Source of the DNA: Octopus vulgaris
Lineage: Eukaryota
DNA: 64,000 nucleotides
Direction: 5' to 3'
NCBI GenBank assembly: GCA_951406725.2
Contig: OX597821.1
Span: forward strand, 103,540,001-103,604,000
The position numbers and the translations under genes were made by a program. The notes under the pieces were generated by a model. That model was given only the letters and a program-made list of their open reading frames with translations, did no database searches and was not told the origin of the DNA. The stretch's first letter is position 1, and every line of letters starts with the position of its first letter. Of the stretch, positions 1-12,084 are shown in pieces.

Positions 1-32
1 TTCATACATATATATATATTTATGCATATATA

Positions 33-188
33 CGACGAGCTTCTTTCAGTTTCCGTCTACCAAATCCACTCACAAGGCTTTGGTCGGCCCGAGGCTTTAG
101 TAGAAGACACTTGCCCAAGGTGCCACGCAGTGGGACTGAACCCGGAACCATATGGTTGGTAAGCAAACTACTTACCACACAGCCACTC
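33..188 (-). mobile_element. tRNA-derived SINE family A, 5' half
   Basis: Reverse complement matches the head of the full copies at 14989 and 42071 (GAGTGGCTGTGTGGTAAG...GGTTCAGTCCC...GGAAACTGAAAGAAGC), followed by the internal TA tract. Confidence 0.9.
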
Positions 189-480
189 TCTTCTTTATTT
201 ATCCTTATCGACATCATCTTTATTTTTTCCAAGCCCTCTTTTTAATATAACATTGATGTTTTTATTTTTTTTGTATGATTCTCCAACCCCAACGTTCTCG
301 CTACCACCATCGCCACCGCCATCTTCTAACAACCAACCAGACGATCTTAACAGCCATTTTGTGTCACTATCGTCAATAAATATATATTTACACACACACA
401 CATACAAACACACACACACATCTATATATATATATTTACACAAGTATTTTTACACCCTCACAAATACACACACACGCGCG

Positions 481-511
<31 letters not shown>

Positions 512-531
512 ATTTATATGTAGAGTAGTGA

Positions 532-762
532 AGGCGGCGAGCTGGCAGAAATGTTAGCACGCCGGGCGAAATGCTTAGCGGTATTTCGTCTGCGTTACGT
601 TGTGAGTTCAAATTCCACCGAGGTCGACTTTGCTTTTCATCCTCTCGGGGTCGATAAATAAAATACCAGTTAAGCACTGGGGTCGATGTAATCGACTTAA
701 TCCCTTTGTCTGTCCGTGTTTGTCCCCTCTATGTTTAGCCCCTTGTTGGCAATAAAGAAATA
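532..762 (+). mobile_element. tRNA-derived SINE family B, full length, with 17-bp TSD
   Basis: A-box-like TGGCAGAAATGT, B-box-like GAGTTCAAATTC, central GTCGACTTTGC..TTCATCC..CGGGGTCGATAAA block, AATAAAGAAATA tail; TATATGTAGAGTAGTGA duplicated at 515-531 and 763-779. Confidence 0.92.
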
Positions 763-1054
763 TATATGTAGAGTAGTGAGACCCAAAAAGTTTGCTGCAT
801 TGTATCGGAGGTTTCAAGGTAAGTGTGGAGGTGCTGTTAGAGAAGAAATGTTAATAGGAAAGTACCGTTGATAGATAAATAGTTTAGCTTCTTACAATGC
901 ATGACATGAAATGGATAATATTCGATGAACATGCTTTATCGTTCAATGTATGATATCCACTTTGTCCCTCATTGAAGCTGATGGAGATTTCGTTAAGATG
1001 ACCGCCGCTAAACAACTGAGAGTCTAGCAACGAACATAATACGATTATAAATTA

Positions 1055-1450
1055 CTAGCAGTATCGCCCGGCGTTGCTCGGGTTTGTAAGGGAAATAACT
1101 ATATAAGCATTTTTAGAGATGTAAAGTATAATAGCCATCTCAATATGGCTAACCACAAAGGGGGGTGTTACTGTAGCTTTTTACGCTCTGATATTTAATA
1201 ATAAATTTTTAGAGAGTTACTTCCCTTATATATGCCAAAAATGCATTAAAAATGGGAAAAATTGATGGTAAATTTTTTTTTTAAATCGTAGACTCATCGT
1301 AGACGCACGCTAGTACCCAGAAGGGCTCGATATGAATCACGACTATAAGATACCCGGTTTTGGTTAAACTGCACCGCAAAATGTGGGAGTAGTTAGGAAT
1401 CTAAATCGTAGGAGACAGACAGCACACAACCTCACTTTTATATATAAAGA
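1055..1450 (-). mobile_element. Non-autonomous Helitron
   Basis: Minus strand starts A|TCTTTATATATAAAAG and ends with hairpin CCCGAGCAACGCCGGG about 12 nt before CTAG|T; canonical TC...CTAG termini in an AT target, no TSD. Confidence 0.85.
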
Positions 1451-1562
1451 TAAGGTGCATAGAATTCAGAAGGAACAATCCGTACTACACACGCACTTGT
1501 ATATGTGTGTGTATGTATATGTATGCATGTATGTGTAAATGTGTATGTGTGTGTATATATAT

Positions 1563-1770
1563 ATTTTCTTTTACTTGTTTCAGTTATTTGACTGCGGCTA
1601 TGCTGGAGCACCGCCATTAGTCGAACAAATCGACCCCCAGGAGTTATTCTTTTTAAGTGTAGTACTTACTCTATTGGTCTCTTTGCCGAAGCGCTAGGTT
1701 ACGGGGACGTAAACAACCAGCATCGGTGGTAAAACGAAGGTGGTGGGACAAACACAAACACACAAATACA
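1563..1770 (-). mobile_element. SINE family A, 3' half, followed by a (TACA)n tract to about 1847
   Basis: Reverse complement of the family A tail (GGCGGTGCTCCAGCAT.GCCGCAGTCAAAT.ACTGAAACAAGTAAAAG). Confidence 0.85.
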
Positions 1771-1818
1771 TACATACATACATACATACATACATACATA
1801 CATACATACATACATACA

Positions 1819-1849
<31 letters not shown>

Positions 1850-2810
1850 TAAATTCAACTTACGTTGAAAGTCAACAAACAAAGTTTATTTTAGAAGCGT
1901 TGAGATGTATTGAACAAGATAAGGAAATACTTTCATTTTCAAACGCAGGATAATGCTAATAATATAGCATGAACAGGATAAACTATCCATATTTTGCAGA
2001 AAAGTCTGTCGGTGGGGAATGAAGAGAGAAAGAGAGAAAGGAGATTAAAGAAAACAAAAGGATATAAGGTTATCGAATTCTAAGGTAAAACGTGTTTAGT
2101 TTTCTATTCTTTCCCCAGTTTTCTTTACATGAGTGTATGAGTGTGTGTCTTGTGATTTATCCTTGAGAAAATTTATGACTAAATTCCATTTTTGCTTTGT
2201 CTCACTCTCGACTCCTAACATTTCCGTTTAATATCATGTTACGCTACAGATATGGAATTAAACGGAACTTAGCACATGAAATCTTAGAACCTTTGATTTC
2301 TTCAGACAGTAGATGATTCCCATAGCCATTGTGCTGGCAATAGGGTTGGTTATTCTATCAATAGTTATAGATAGTATTTCCTTTTCTTCTGTGCCAACGT
2401 ACCAACCCATTGTCTTCTGAGAGTCTTTTGCATTTTTTAAGTTCGCAAGCTTAAGACAAGTGTATTTGGTTAATTAGATATTTCATACAGAGTAACTACG
2501 AACTACATCACACGTATAATACATAACACTGCTAAAAGATAGATTACTAAAAGTATTACTAACGTAATTCATTCTTTAAACTTCAGAACAGAAAACAGTT
2601 ACGCCGTGAGATTTCTCTCTGTGTTGTTGTGAGCATAACAATGTTAACTAAATCTTAGTGCATGTAAGCGGAAATATCTCATAATAGTACAGCATGAATG
2701 CGTCTGAAATCTTAATATTTTATACGTAGATCTGAACTAGACATTCTCAGTGACATCACGTGTTAATATAGTTGAAAAGATTACTTGTTATTTTATTTAA
2801 TTTTTTAAAA

Positions 2811-4374
2811 AGAAATAACAGTGCACAAAGCATTAAAAAAATGTATGTTTATTTCATAACGAACTGATGTCAAAATTAATATATTGTAACATATGTCATA
2901 AACAGACGAGAAGAACTTAAATTAAATCTATACAACAAATAATAGAGATTCTATTTAATTATTTCTTATTCAGAAACGTGGTTTAAAATTTTGAAAATAT
3001 TATTTCCAGGAACTATTATCATCATGATTAAGGTAGCAAGCTTATCATTATCATTAGCGCTTCGGGTAAAGATGCTGGATGTTGTCTTTCATCCTTTCGG
3101 GGTAAGCACTGGCGTCGATGAAATGGACTATCCCTCTCCCACCCCATAATCCCAAATGTTAAGGCCCCGTGCCTATAGTAGAAAAAAAGAACGCTAGGCA
3201 AAATTCTTTTTGTGGTATTTCGTCCGTCTTTACATTCTGAGTTCAAACTCCACCAAGGTCGACTTTGTCTTTCATACTTTCAGGGTCGATAAAATAAGTA
3301 CTAGCAGAACAACGGGACCGATGTAAATCGATTAGACATCTCCCTCAAAATGTCAGGCCTTCTGCTTATTGTAGAAAGGATTATCATTATGATTGAGATG
3401 GTGAGTTGACAGAATTGTTAACACGTCGGATAAATATGTTTTGTGGCATTTCTCTTGACTCGTTTTGTTTTAAGTTCAAATGCCGTAGAGACTGACTTTG
3501 TCTTTCATCCTTTCGCAAGTACCAGTTGAACGCCAGGGTAAACCGATTACCACCTAACTTAAAATTGGTTGTCTTGTGCCAAAATGTCAAACCATTGCTA
3601 TTGAGGCAGTGAGCTGACAGAATCGTCAATGCGTCGAACAAAATGATTTGTGGTATAAAGGCGGCGAGCTGGCAGAAACGTTAGCACTCCGGGCGAAATG
3701 CTTACCAATATTTCAACTGCCGCTACGTTCTGAGTTCAAATTCCGCCGAGGTCGACTTTGCCTTTCATCCTTTCGGGGTCGATAAATTAAGTACCAGTTA
3801 CGCACTGGGGGTTGATGTATTCGACTTAATCCGTTTGTTTGTCCTTGTTTGACCTTTCTGTGTCTAGCCCCTTGTGGGTAGTAAAGAAATAGGTATTTCT
3901 TGAGATTTAAAAAATTTTCAGTTCAAATCGCGTCGAGTTCAAAACTGCCGCTTAAAGAGAGGGTAGGAGTTACGTAAATCCCATGTCTTTTCTGACCTGA
4001 CTATAGGCACGTGTCCTTAAAGTTTGGGATTTTGGAGTGGGAGGGAGATGGTCCATTTCATCGACACCAGTGCTTACCCCGAAAGGATGAAAGAAAACAT
4101 CCGGCATCTTTACCCGATGCGCTAATGATAATAATGATAAGCTTGCTACCTCAATCATGATGATAATAGTTCCTGGAAATAATATTTTCAAAATTTTAAC
4201 TACGTTTCTGAATAAGAAATAATTAAATAGAATCTCTATTATTTGTTGTATAGATTTAATTTAAGTTCTTCTCGTCTGTTTATGACATATGTTACAATGT
4301 ATTAATTTTGACAACAGTTCGTTATGAAATAAACATAATTTTTTTTTAACGCTTTGTGTACTGTCATTATTTCT
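2811..4374. repeat. Long inverted repeat, arms 2811-3179 and 4000-4374
   Basis: About 370-bp arms are reverse complements with scattered mismatches (e.g. CATAAACAGACGAGAAGAACTTAAATTAAATCTATAC vs GTATAGATTTAATTTAAGTTCTTCTCGTCTGTTTATG). Confidence 0.93.
3190..3893 (+). mobile_element. Head-to-tail array of SINE family B units; full copy at 3658-3893
   Basis: Repeated GTTCAAA and GACTTTG.CTTTCAT blocks at about 3240, 3475 and 3732. Confidence 0.85.
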
Positions 4375-4436
4375 CTTCTCCACAAGTGTCACTTGGATCA
4401 GTACGCTATTTCCTGTAAGAGATATGTCTGGAACCC

Positions 4437-4591
4437 GAGTGGCTGTGAGGTAAGTAGCTTGTTTATCAACCACATGGTCTTGGTTTCAGTCCCACTGCCT
4501 GGCACCTTGGGCAAGTGTTATCTACTATAGCCACGGGCCGACCAAAACCTTGAGTGTGGATTTGGTAGACGGAAACTGAAAGAAGCCCGTC

Positions 4592-4636
<45 letters not shown>

Positions 4637-4853
4637 GGTTTGTGTGTGTGTTTGTTCTTCCACCATCGCTTGACAACCGATGCTGGTGTGCTTACGTCCA
4701 CGTAACTTAGCAGTTCAGCAAAAATGACTGATAGAATAAGTACTAGGCTTACAAAGAATAAGTCCTGGGATCTCTTTACTCGACTAAAGGCGGTGCTCCA
4801 GCATGGCTGCAGTCAAATGACTGAAACAAATAAAGAAATAAAAGAATAAAAAA
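4437..4853 (+). mobile_element. SINE family A, full length with internal (TA)n/(TG)n
   Basis: Head, CCTTGGGCAAGTG block, internal microsatellite and 3' module ending GACTGAAACAAATAAAG. Confidence 0.92.
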
Positions 4854-5770
4854 ATACCCGAAGAAAGCTATTACGGCTATTGGCACGGCAGCTGAAACTA
4901 GCTCAAGATGGCTATGTTTGTTAAAAGACCGCAAGTGGAACCTTTCCGTAGGTAAAGACTAGCTTAGTCCTCGCTGCTCCTCTTAGGTGAAGCGTACTAG
5001 CTAATGGGCCATACGTTCGAGACCCTAAGATACCTGCAGTCGATATGGAATGGTTTCCAGTATTGCAAAGGTATTTCGAAGAGCTTGCAAAACCTCTCAG
5101 TAGCTGCTGTATATTCCATATAAGACAAGGCATCTCTGATGTTTATTACACCTATAACAGATAGTTTTTGCAATCGGTTGCGAAGAAAGCAATATCTCTT
5201 TAGCCAGAATCACTATGTTACCTTTTGCAGTGAGGCATTTCAAACATGGCTGTTAAACCTTGTATGCACTTAAATTTACAACAAATATATAGGAAAAATA
5301 AACGGAAGTAATATATTCAAAATAACGCGCATTTGCACCTTAATAATGCAGCAGAACAGAAAAAGTATAATTTTCAATGGCGAATATATCTCATAAGGTC
5401 ACATACAAACAATATCAGAGAAAATTATGTGGGAGGAAATACCAAGAGCAGCAAAATTATTCCTCGTTTGTTTGTCAGCAACTTCAAAAATGCCTGATAT
5501 GATAAACTGACACTATATTGTCTATTAACTATCTGGGAAAAGACATCGTATGGTACAATATGTGACAAAATCTGTTGCATTTACGAATGATTTGGTCGCA
5601 TTATTTTGCCAAGGATTGTGAGAGGAGGAGGGGAGTAAACTTGGATTCAGAAATTTTCTGTGAATAATTTAAGTTTACATCAGCCACACTAAAGTCTACT
5701 GGATTATCGCTCGGATTATTGCTGCAAATACAGTACGTATTTGCAATTCCTTATAAATGCTCCAAACCAG

Positions 5771-6101
5771 GAAGAAGAAAATAATTACAGATTTATTAAA
5801 ATTACATGCGTGATTTATATGATAATTTTATTGTTTTCAGTAATAAAAATATCTTTTTAACATCTGTTAATATATTTTATTTATTACGAAGAAGAAAATA
5901 ATAAGAAATTTATTAAAATTACACATGTGATATATAAAAATAATTTTATTGTTTTCAGCAATGAAAATATATTTTTAACCTCTACTAATATATTGTATAA
6001 TATTTTAAGAAGAAAAAATTATTGCAAATTTATTAAACTTACATGTGTGATTAATAAAATAATTTCATTATTTTAGTAATAAAAATACCTTTCCTAATAT
6101 T
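5771..6101 (+). repeat. Degenerate tandem repeat, about 118-bp unit x3
   Basis: Units begin (G/A)AAGAAGAAAA at 5771, 5888 and about 6007; each has ATTTATTAAA.TTACA..GTGAT..ATAATTT..TT..TT(C)AG.AAT.AAAATA. Confidence 0.8.
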
Positions 6102-6241
6102 GTACAAAGGCACTATTACACTTAGTTTTAATTTAAATTAGTTTTAATTGAAATTATACTTTCTCACACGATTTTCCATTCATTTTCTGATATGTGTCAA
6201 TAGATTCTGGCAGCAAAATAAAATAATATTATTATTATTAT

Positions 6242-6778
6242 ACCGTGAAGGAGAAGTGCACGCCATAAAAGTGACGCTGGAGTACAAATATACGAAGCCC
6301 AGTGTACCCATCATGACTACCTGTCTGATAAGGGTACACCAGGTACATTCATCTCAGCTATATGTGCGTGACATTGTGATCCCATATCAAGATTAACAGC
6401 GTATGAGTTTGCAGGTGGGGCCCAGTTAGAATTTTTTTTAGGTTGAGTAGCCCATGCCGCTCAAAAGATCCCTGAATGAGGGTTGTTGAAGGGTGATGAA
6501 CGAAACATCCATGTTTCCAGAGGTGAAATGTTCAAACCCCAAAGAATCCCTCTCAGCACATGGCTACGATGCTCCCCCACTACTTTTGCTCGTGATCAGA
6601 GATGCACATATCGTCAGCCATGAAGGGACATGCTCAAATGACAATCAAATCTGTGGTATTGACCAGAATATTAGCTGTAGCCCATTTCTTATACCAAGAC
6701 ATAGCATGTACATAATTCCACTTCCAATCAGTTAAGATCAGAAGGTATGAGAGCCATTGCTTGGTACTTCTACTGCTT

Positions 6779-6780
<2 letters not shown>
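6242..6780. mobile_element. Interspersed repeat family C, about 540 bp, flanked by (TTA)n
   Basis: Colinear with 25961-26491 (CCCATCATGA..ACC.GTCTGATAAGGGTACACCAGG, GGGGCCCAGTTAGAATTTT, GCTCGTGATCAGAGATGCA). Confidence 0.85.
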
Positions 6781-7327
<547 letters not shown>

Positions 7328-7535
7328 TCCACGTCGTCGTCGTCATTATTATTTAAGCATTTGTTTATTTACTAATTCAGTGGATCATTCTTTTTAATTA
7401 TCACCTGAACTGAAAATGAAATTTGTGATTCCCACATGTCATGAAAAATGAATGGCTTCTATCAAAATAATCTTTCTCCAAAAGCTATGCAATTAACAAT
7501 TTAAACAAACAAGCAAATGTGTAAATAAATGAATA

Positions 7536-7685
7536 GCGGTTCGGCAAAAGAGACCGATAGAATAAGTACTGGGCTTACAAAAAGAATAAGTTCCGGGGTC
7601 GATTTGATCGACTAAAAGGCGGTGCTCCAGCATGGCCACAGTCAAATGACTGAAACAAGTAAAAGAGTAAAGAGTAAGAGAGTAA
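7536..7685 (+). mobile_element. SINE family A, 3' fragment
   Basis: AGCGGTTCGGCAAAAGAGACCGATAG...GACTGAAACAAGTAAAAGAGTAAAGAG. Confidence 0.88.
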
Positions 7686-8139
7686 ATGTACAATTGGAAT
7701 TAAAAAGAGTTAGATTCCTACCATCATTAATTTTCTGAAAATAAATACGAAGAAGAGGTGAGATGCCCGGTTATTATTTTTGACAGCTATTTGAAACACA
7801 TAAGCAATAGTCACAAATGCTTTCATGATACAAAAGTGCAGTGGATCGACCTTTAAGCATACAAGGATTAAAACTCAAGTTTGTTCGGGGAAGTGTAAAC
7901 ACAATAATATATATGTATATGCCTAACATGCTGGAATGAAACCGAAAATATATCTTGTGAGAATAGTCAGCAAAGGATGACAATTGGCTACCGATTGATT
8001 TTAGTTGGTTCACCTAAACCAGTTTATAACCCACAGTGTGTCTTATGTATCTCATGAGGAGGAGACAGTCGTGGAAAGATATGCCCGATATGGCAATATG
8101 AGTAGAAAGAGAACGTTAGGTTGCTAGCTACGTAGATAA

Positions 8140-8243
8140 ATCGATTGATTGATTGATTGATAGGTAAATAAATAGATAGATTGATAGACATATTGATTAG
8201 ACAGATAGATAGATAGATAGATAGATAGACATATTGATTAGAC

Positions 8244-8314
<71 letters not shown>

Positions 8315-8370
8315 GAAATAGAGATATATATTGATTAGATAGATAAATAGATGAATAAATTAGGTAGATA
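8140..8370. repeat. (GATA)n/(GATT)n microsatellite region
   Basis: Read directly. Confidence 0.95.
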
Positions 8371-8371
8371 G

Positions 8372-8705
8372 ATTTCTTTATTGGCCACGCAGAGCTACAC
8401 ACAGAAGGGACAAAATACAAAGTAGAATTTTTCTTTTGGGGAAGAAGAGAAGGGGAGAAAAAAATGGGGGACGAATTCCAATCAAAAGGGATCGTGAAAA
8501 AATGTGGGGCCGATCAATAGGGATCGTGTATCGCAGAAATGCCAATATAAATAGGGAAAACAGATTAGGTTTGTCCGTGGATAGAAAAGCCTACGGAAAA
8601 GACCACAAGAACTTTGGGCAATAGTGTCATGCAAAAAGAAAACACATTACAGTAAATGGCTCTCTTTTTTTCCTTCTGTTTTTCTTTTTCTTTTTTTTTC
8701 TTTTT
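8372..8705 (-). mobile_element. Probable LINE 3' UTR fragment sharing its tail with SINE family B
   Basis: Minus strand ends TTGTCCCTTCTGTGTGTAGCTCTGCGTGGCCAATAAAGAAAT, similar to the SINE B tail, but upstream is T-rich and unrelated to the SINE body. Confidence 0.55.
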
Positions 8706-9265
8706 CTTCATAGGATTATGCTCAAGCTGGCTCCGTCATTCATATATGCCATCCTTAGATAGATAAATAGAGAGATAGAGAGAGAGATCGCTAGATAGAT
8801 AGATAGATAGATAGATTGATAGATAAGATAGATAGAGATACATAGAGAGACATACTGCCAGACAGAGCAAAGACTAGGTAGGTATGTAGATAGAAGATGG
8901 ATAGACAGATGAACAGCATGAGTCACAGAGAGACAGCCAGAGACAGAGACACAGAGAGACAGAGAGCAGTGGCTCTAACGAGTTGATGTGGAATTCATTA
9001 CATAGAATACAAGAAGACAAAATGTTTTTGTAATCACATAATCAATTGTAAAATATATTTTCATCAATAGTTCTCGTATGCTCTCGGGAATAGCAGTAAG
9101 CCGATGAATATACGTTAGAAACTGGGAATGAATGTTACATAAGTCAAAGCATTTTTTACAACTGATGTTTTATAAAGACGTACTAAAAACGGTATATATA
9201 AAACTAGAGCCCAGAAAAAATCGTCTTAGTAACTTCAGTGTCCATCGTAATCTGTTATCTTTCGC

Positions 9266-9691
9266 CTTTTATCTTTTGCTTGTTTAAATCATTAGACTGC
9301 GACCATGCTGGGGCATAGCCTCGACAAATCTTTGTCGAATAAATAGACCCCAGGACTTAGAGTTTTTGAATCTGACATTTATTCTCTCGGTCTGTTTTGT
9401 CGAACCTCTAAGTTACGGGGACGTAACCGCGCCGACACAGGTTGTGAAGAGGTAGTGAGCTACAAACACAGAGAGACACACACGCACACACACAAACACA
9501 CACAAACACAAGCACAAAATAACACACACACACATACAAAGGGCTTCTGTCCCGTCTATCAAATCCTTTCAGAAGGCATTGGTCGACCCGCGGCTATAGT
9601 AGAAGCCGCTTGACCAAGGTGATACGCATCGGGGCTGAACGTGGAACCATGTGATTGGCAAGTAAACGTCTTATCACATAGCCACACCTAC
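9266..9691 (-). mobile_element. SINE family A, full length, degenerate
   Basis: Both halves colinear with family A around an internal (CA)n tract. Confidence 0.82.
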
Positions 9692-9849
9692 TAACAAAAG
9701 ATGAAAAAACGGTAGGGTTACTCAGAAGAGAAAGTACAGGGCTTTCATTAGGGTATCAAAGATTGTGGGTAAAACAACCGGGTGGCTATAAAAAATCTTC
9801 ACTGAATTCTTGCGGCAAAGGCCAACTTGTGTCAGGTTAAATATAAATT

Positions 9850-9960
9850 GGTTTTAGATATTGGCACAAAGCTCAGCAAATCCAGGGGAGGGTTAAATTT
9901 GTTGTACTAACCCCAGTATTCAACTGGTACTTAATTATCGATAGTGAAAGTATAAAGGTG
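9850..9960 (-). mobile_element. SINE family B, 3' fragment
   Basis: TTGGCACAA...CCCCAGTATTCAACTGGTACTTAATTATCGA. Confidence 0.65.
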
Positions 9961-10007
9961 CTTATCCAAGCTGACATGCTGAGCACCGGGGAAGATTTTT
10001 AAAAAAT

Positions 10008-10238
10008 ATTATTTACATTCGACGGATATTTGTCCTCATCTTGTCTGTTGTTAACACAACATTTCGGCTGATATACCCTCCAGCCTTCATCAGGTGTCTT
10101 GGGGAAATTTCGAACCTGGGTTCTCATTCCTAAGGTATTTTTTGATGTTGCTATTGTTATTATTATTATTATCATCATTGCTGCTGCTGCTGCTGTTGTT
10201 ATTATTATTATTATTATTATTGTTGTTGTTGTTGTTGC

Positions 10239-10278
<40 letters not shown>

Positions 10279-10505
10279 GTTGTTGTTGTTACTATTATTA
10301 TTATTATTGTTGTTGTTACTATTATTGTTATTATTATTATTGTTATTATTATTGTTGTTGTTGTTACTATTATTATTATTATTATTTTTATTATTATTAT
10401 TATTTTTCTTCTTCTTCTTATTATTATTTATTATTCAGGTCGCTGCTTGGAATCGAAATTGGAATCTTGGGGTTAGTAGCCCGCGCTCTTAACCACTACG
10501 CCATA
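10008..10505 (-). mobile_element. SINE family H: tRNA-like head, internal (AAT/AAC)n tract, hammerhead-bearing tail
   Basis: Minus strand: TGGCGTAGTGGTTAAGAGCGCGGGCTACTAACCCC...TTCGATTCC, then about 290 nt of (AAT/AAC)n, then a tail shared with 19091-19232, 40043-40190 and 18640-18760. Confidence 0.88.
10053..10098 (-). ncRNA. Minimal type I hammerhead ribozyme motif
   Basis: GACAC-CUGAUGA-A-GGCUG(GAGGGUAUAU)CAGCC-GAAAU-GUU^GUGUU; stem I GACAC/GUGUU, stem II GGCUG/CAGCC, intact core boxes, vestigial stem III. Confidence 0.75.
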
Positions 10506-10559
10506 GAACTGTACTGGGTAGATGTATTCGAGTGATATTCATACACGGAAACACAAGCG

Positions 10560-10680
<121 letters not shown>

Positions 10681-12084
10681 ATGAGAGAGAAGGGAGTAAG
10701 TAGAGAGAGGAGAGAGAATAGGGGTAACAAGAGTAACATTCAAACGTCTGATGACAAATAGTTAGGGGTGGTTTCAACGACGCCAAATAAGCGGAACCAA
10801 AACGGCTGTTCCAAAAATATCTCATACTCTTATGCTCCACCACAAGCTTCTGCCCGGTTCACAAGCACCAGACTTCGTTCACCCGTAACTACAATCAGAT
10901 TAAAATCTCAAAAATAAAACTGAAAAAACAAACAAACCCAAAAGCAAAACAATGGAATCTGAAATTACTTGAAAATTACTCAAGCATAAAAATTTTGTAT
11001 GATTTTGTTTAATATTTTCTTTGATATTCCAGCGAGGATTCGCTCAGGAAATCATTATCTAAAGTATTATTCTGAAGAAGAAATTAAAGAATTTTGTTTT
11101 ATTTACGTGATATATTTTAAAGGAAATCTTGTCTAGATTCGCTCTGATTTAAAGTGTCAATAATTCAACGTTTTCAGTAAAATTTTCTTTGATTTGTATA
11201 AATATTTAAACGTGTATTCAATAAAGTGAGCTAAAATTATTTCCCTCTTTGGTTTATTCATTATTATCGATTTCAGAAATATTCTGATATACATTAAAAT
11301 TGTGGCGAAATGAATAGTGTAAACTATCGATTACGTAAGACGCACACCGCTTTCGCACATGCGCACACATAAACATGTACATCCATCCATCCATCAATCT
11401 ATCTATCCATTCATCTATTCATGTATGTATGCCTGTATGTGTGCGTGCGTGCATGTGCATGTGTCTGTGTGTATGTATACATGTATATAATTGGATCTAC
11501 ATACATGCTGCATACGTGTACATATATATGCGCAGAAAAATATATGCATATAAATATGTATATGCATATATATATATATATATATGCATATATATATGTA
11601 TATGTATGTATGTAAATATATATATATATGTATGTTTGTGTGTGTGTGTGAGTGTATGTATGCATATATATGTGTATATATATATATGTATATATACATA
11701 TATACATACATATATATACATACACGTATACACACAGATATAAATGTACATATAAATGTATATAAATTAAAAGTTTACACAGACATATGTACATATGTAT
11801 GTCAGTTTATCTGTATCCGCATATATTTTATATATTCCAAATGCACATACGTACATACATAAACACATACATAAATACATACATAAATACATACATAAAT
11901 ACATACATACATAGATACATATATACATACATGGATTCATATATTCATACATATCAATTGTGTGTATGTCCATGTGTGTAAATGTGTGTAGTTTTGACGA
12001 ATGGTTAATAAACTTACTTCGCAAACACGAAGTCTTTTACTGTGTAGTCTTTTACCGATAAATCGATTTTCTATAAACTCAGTT

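Noticed and set aside
20-232. Recurring peptides such as HMVPGSVPLRGTLGKCLLL and FAEPLSYGDVNTP in several ORFs
   Set aside because: They recur because SINE family A recurs; the elements are non-coding.
3190-3893. Regularly recurring conserved blocks resembling a CRISPR array
   Set aside because: Units are ~200-bp diverged SINE copies without unique spacers; eukaryotic context and no cas genes.
4860-5250. GC-richer block possibly derived from retroelement coding sequence
   Set aside because: The frames I translated are short and I could not identify RT or endonuclease motifs with confidence.
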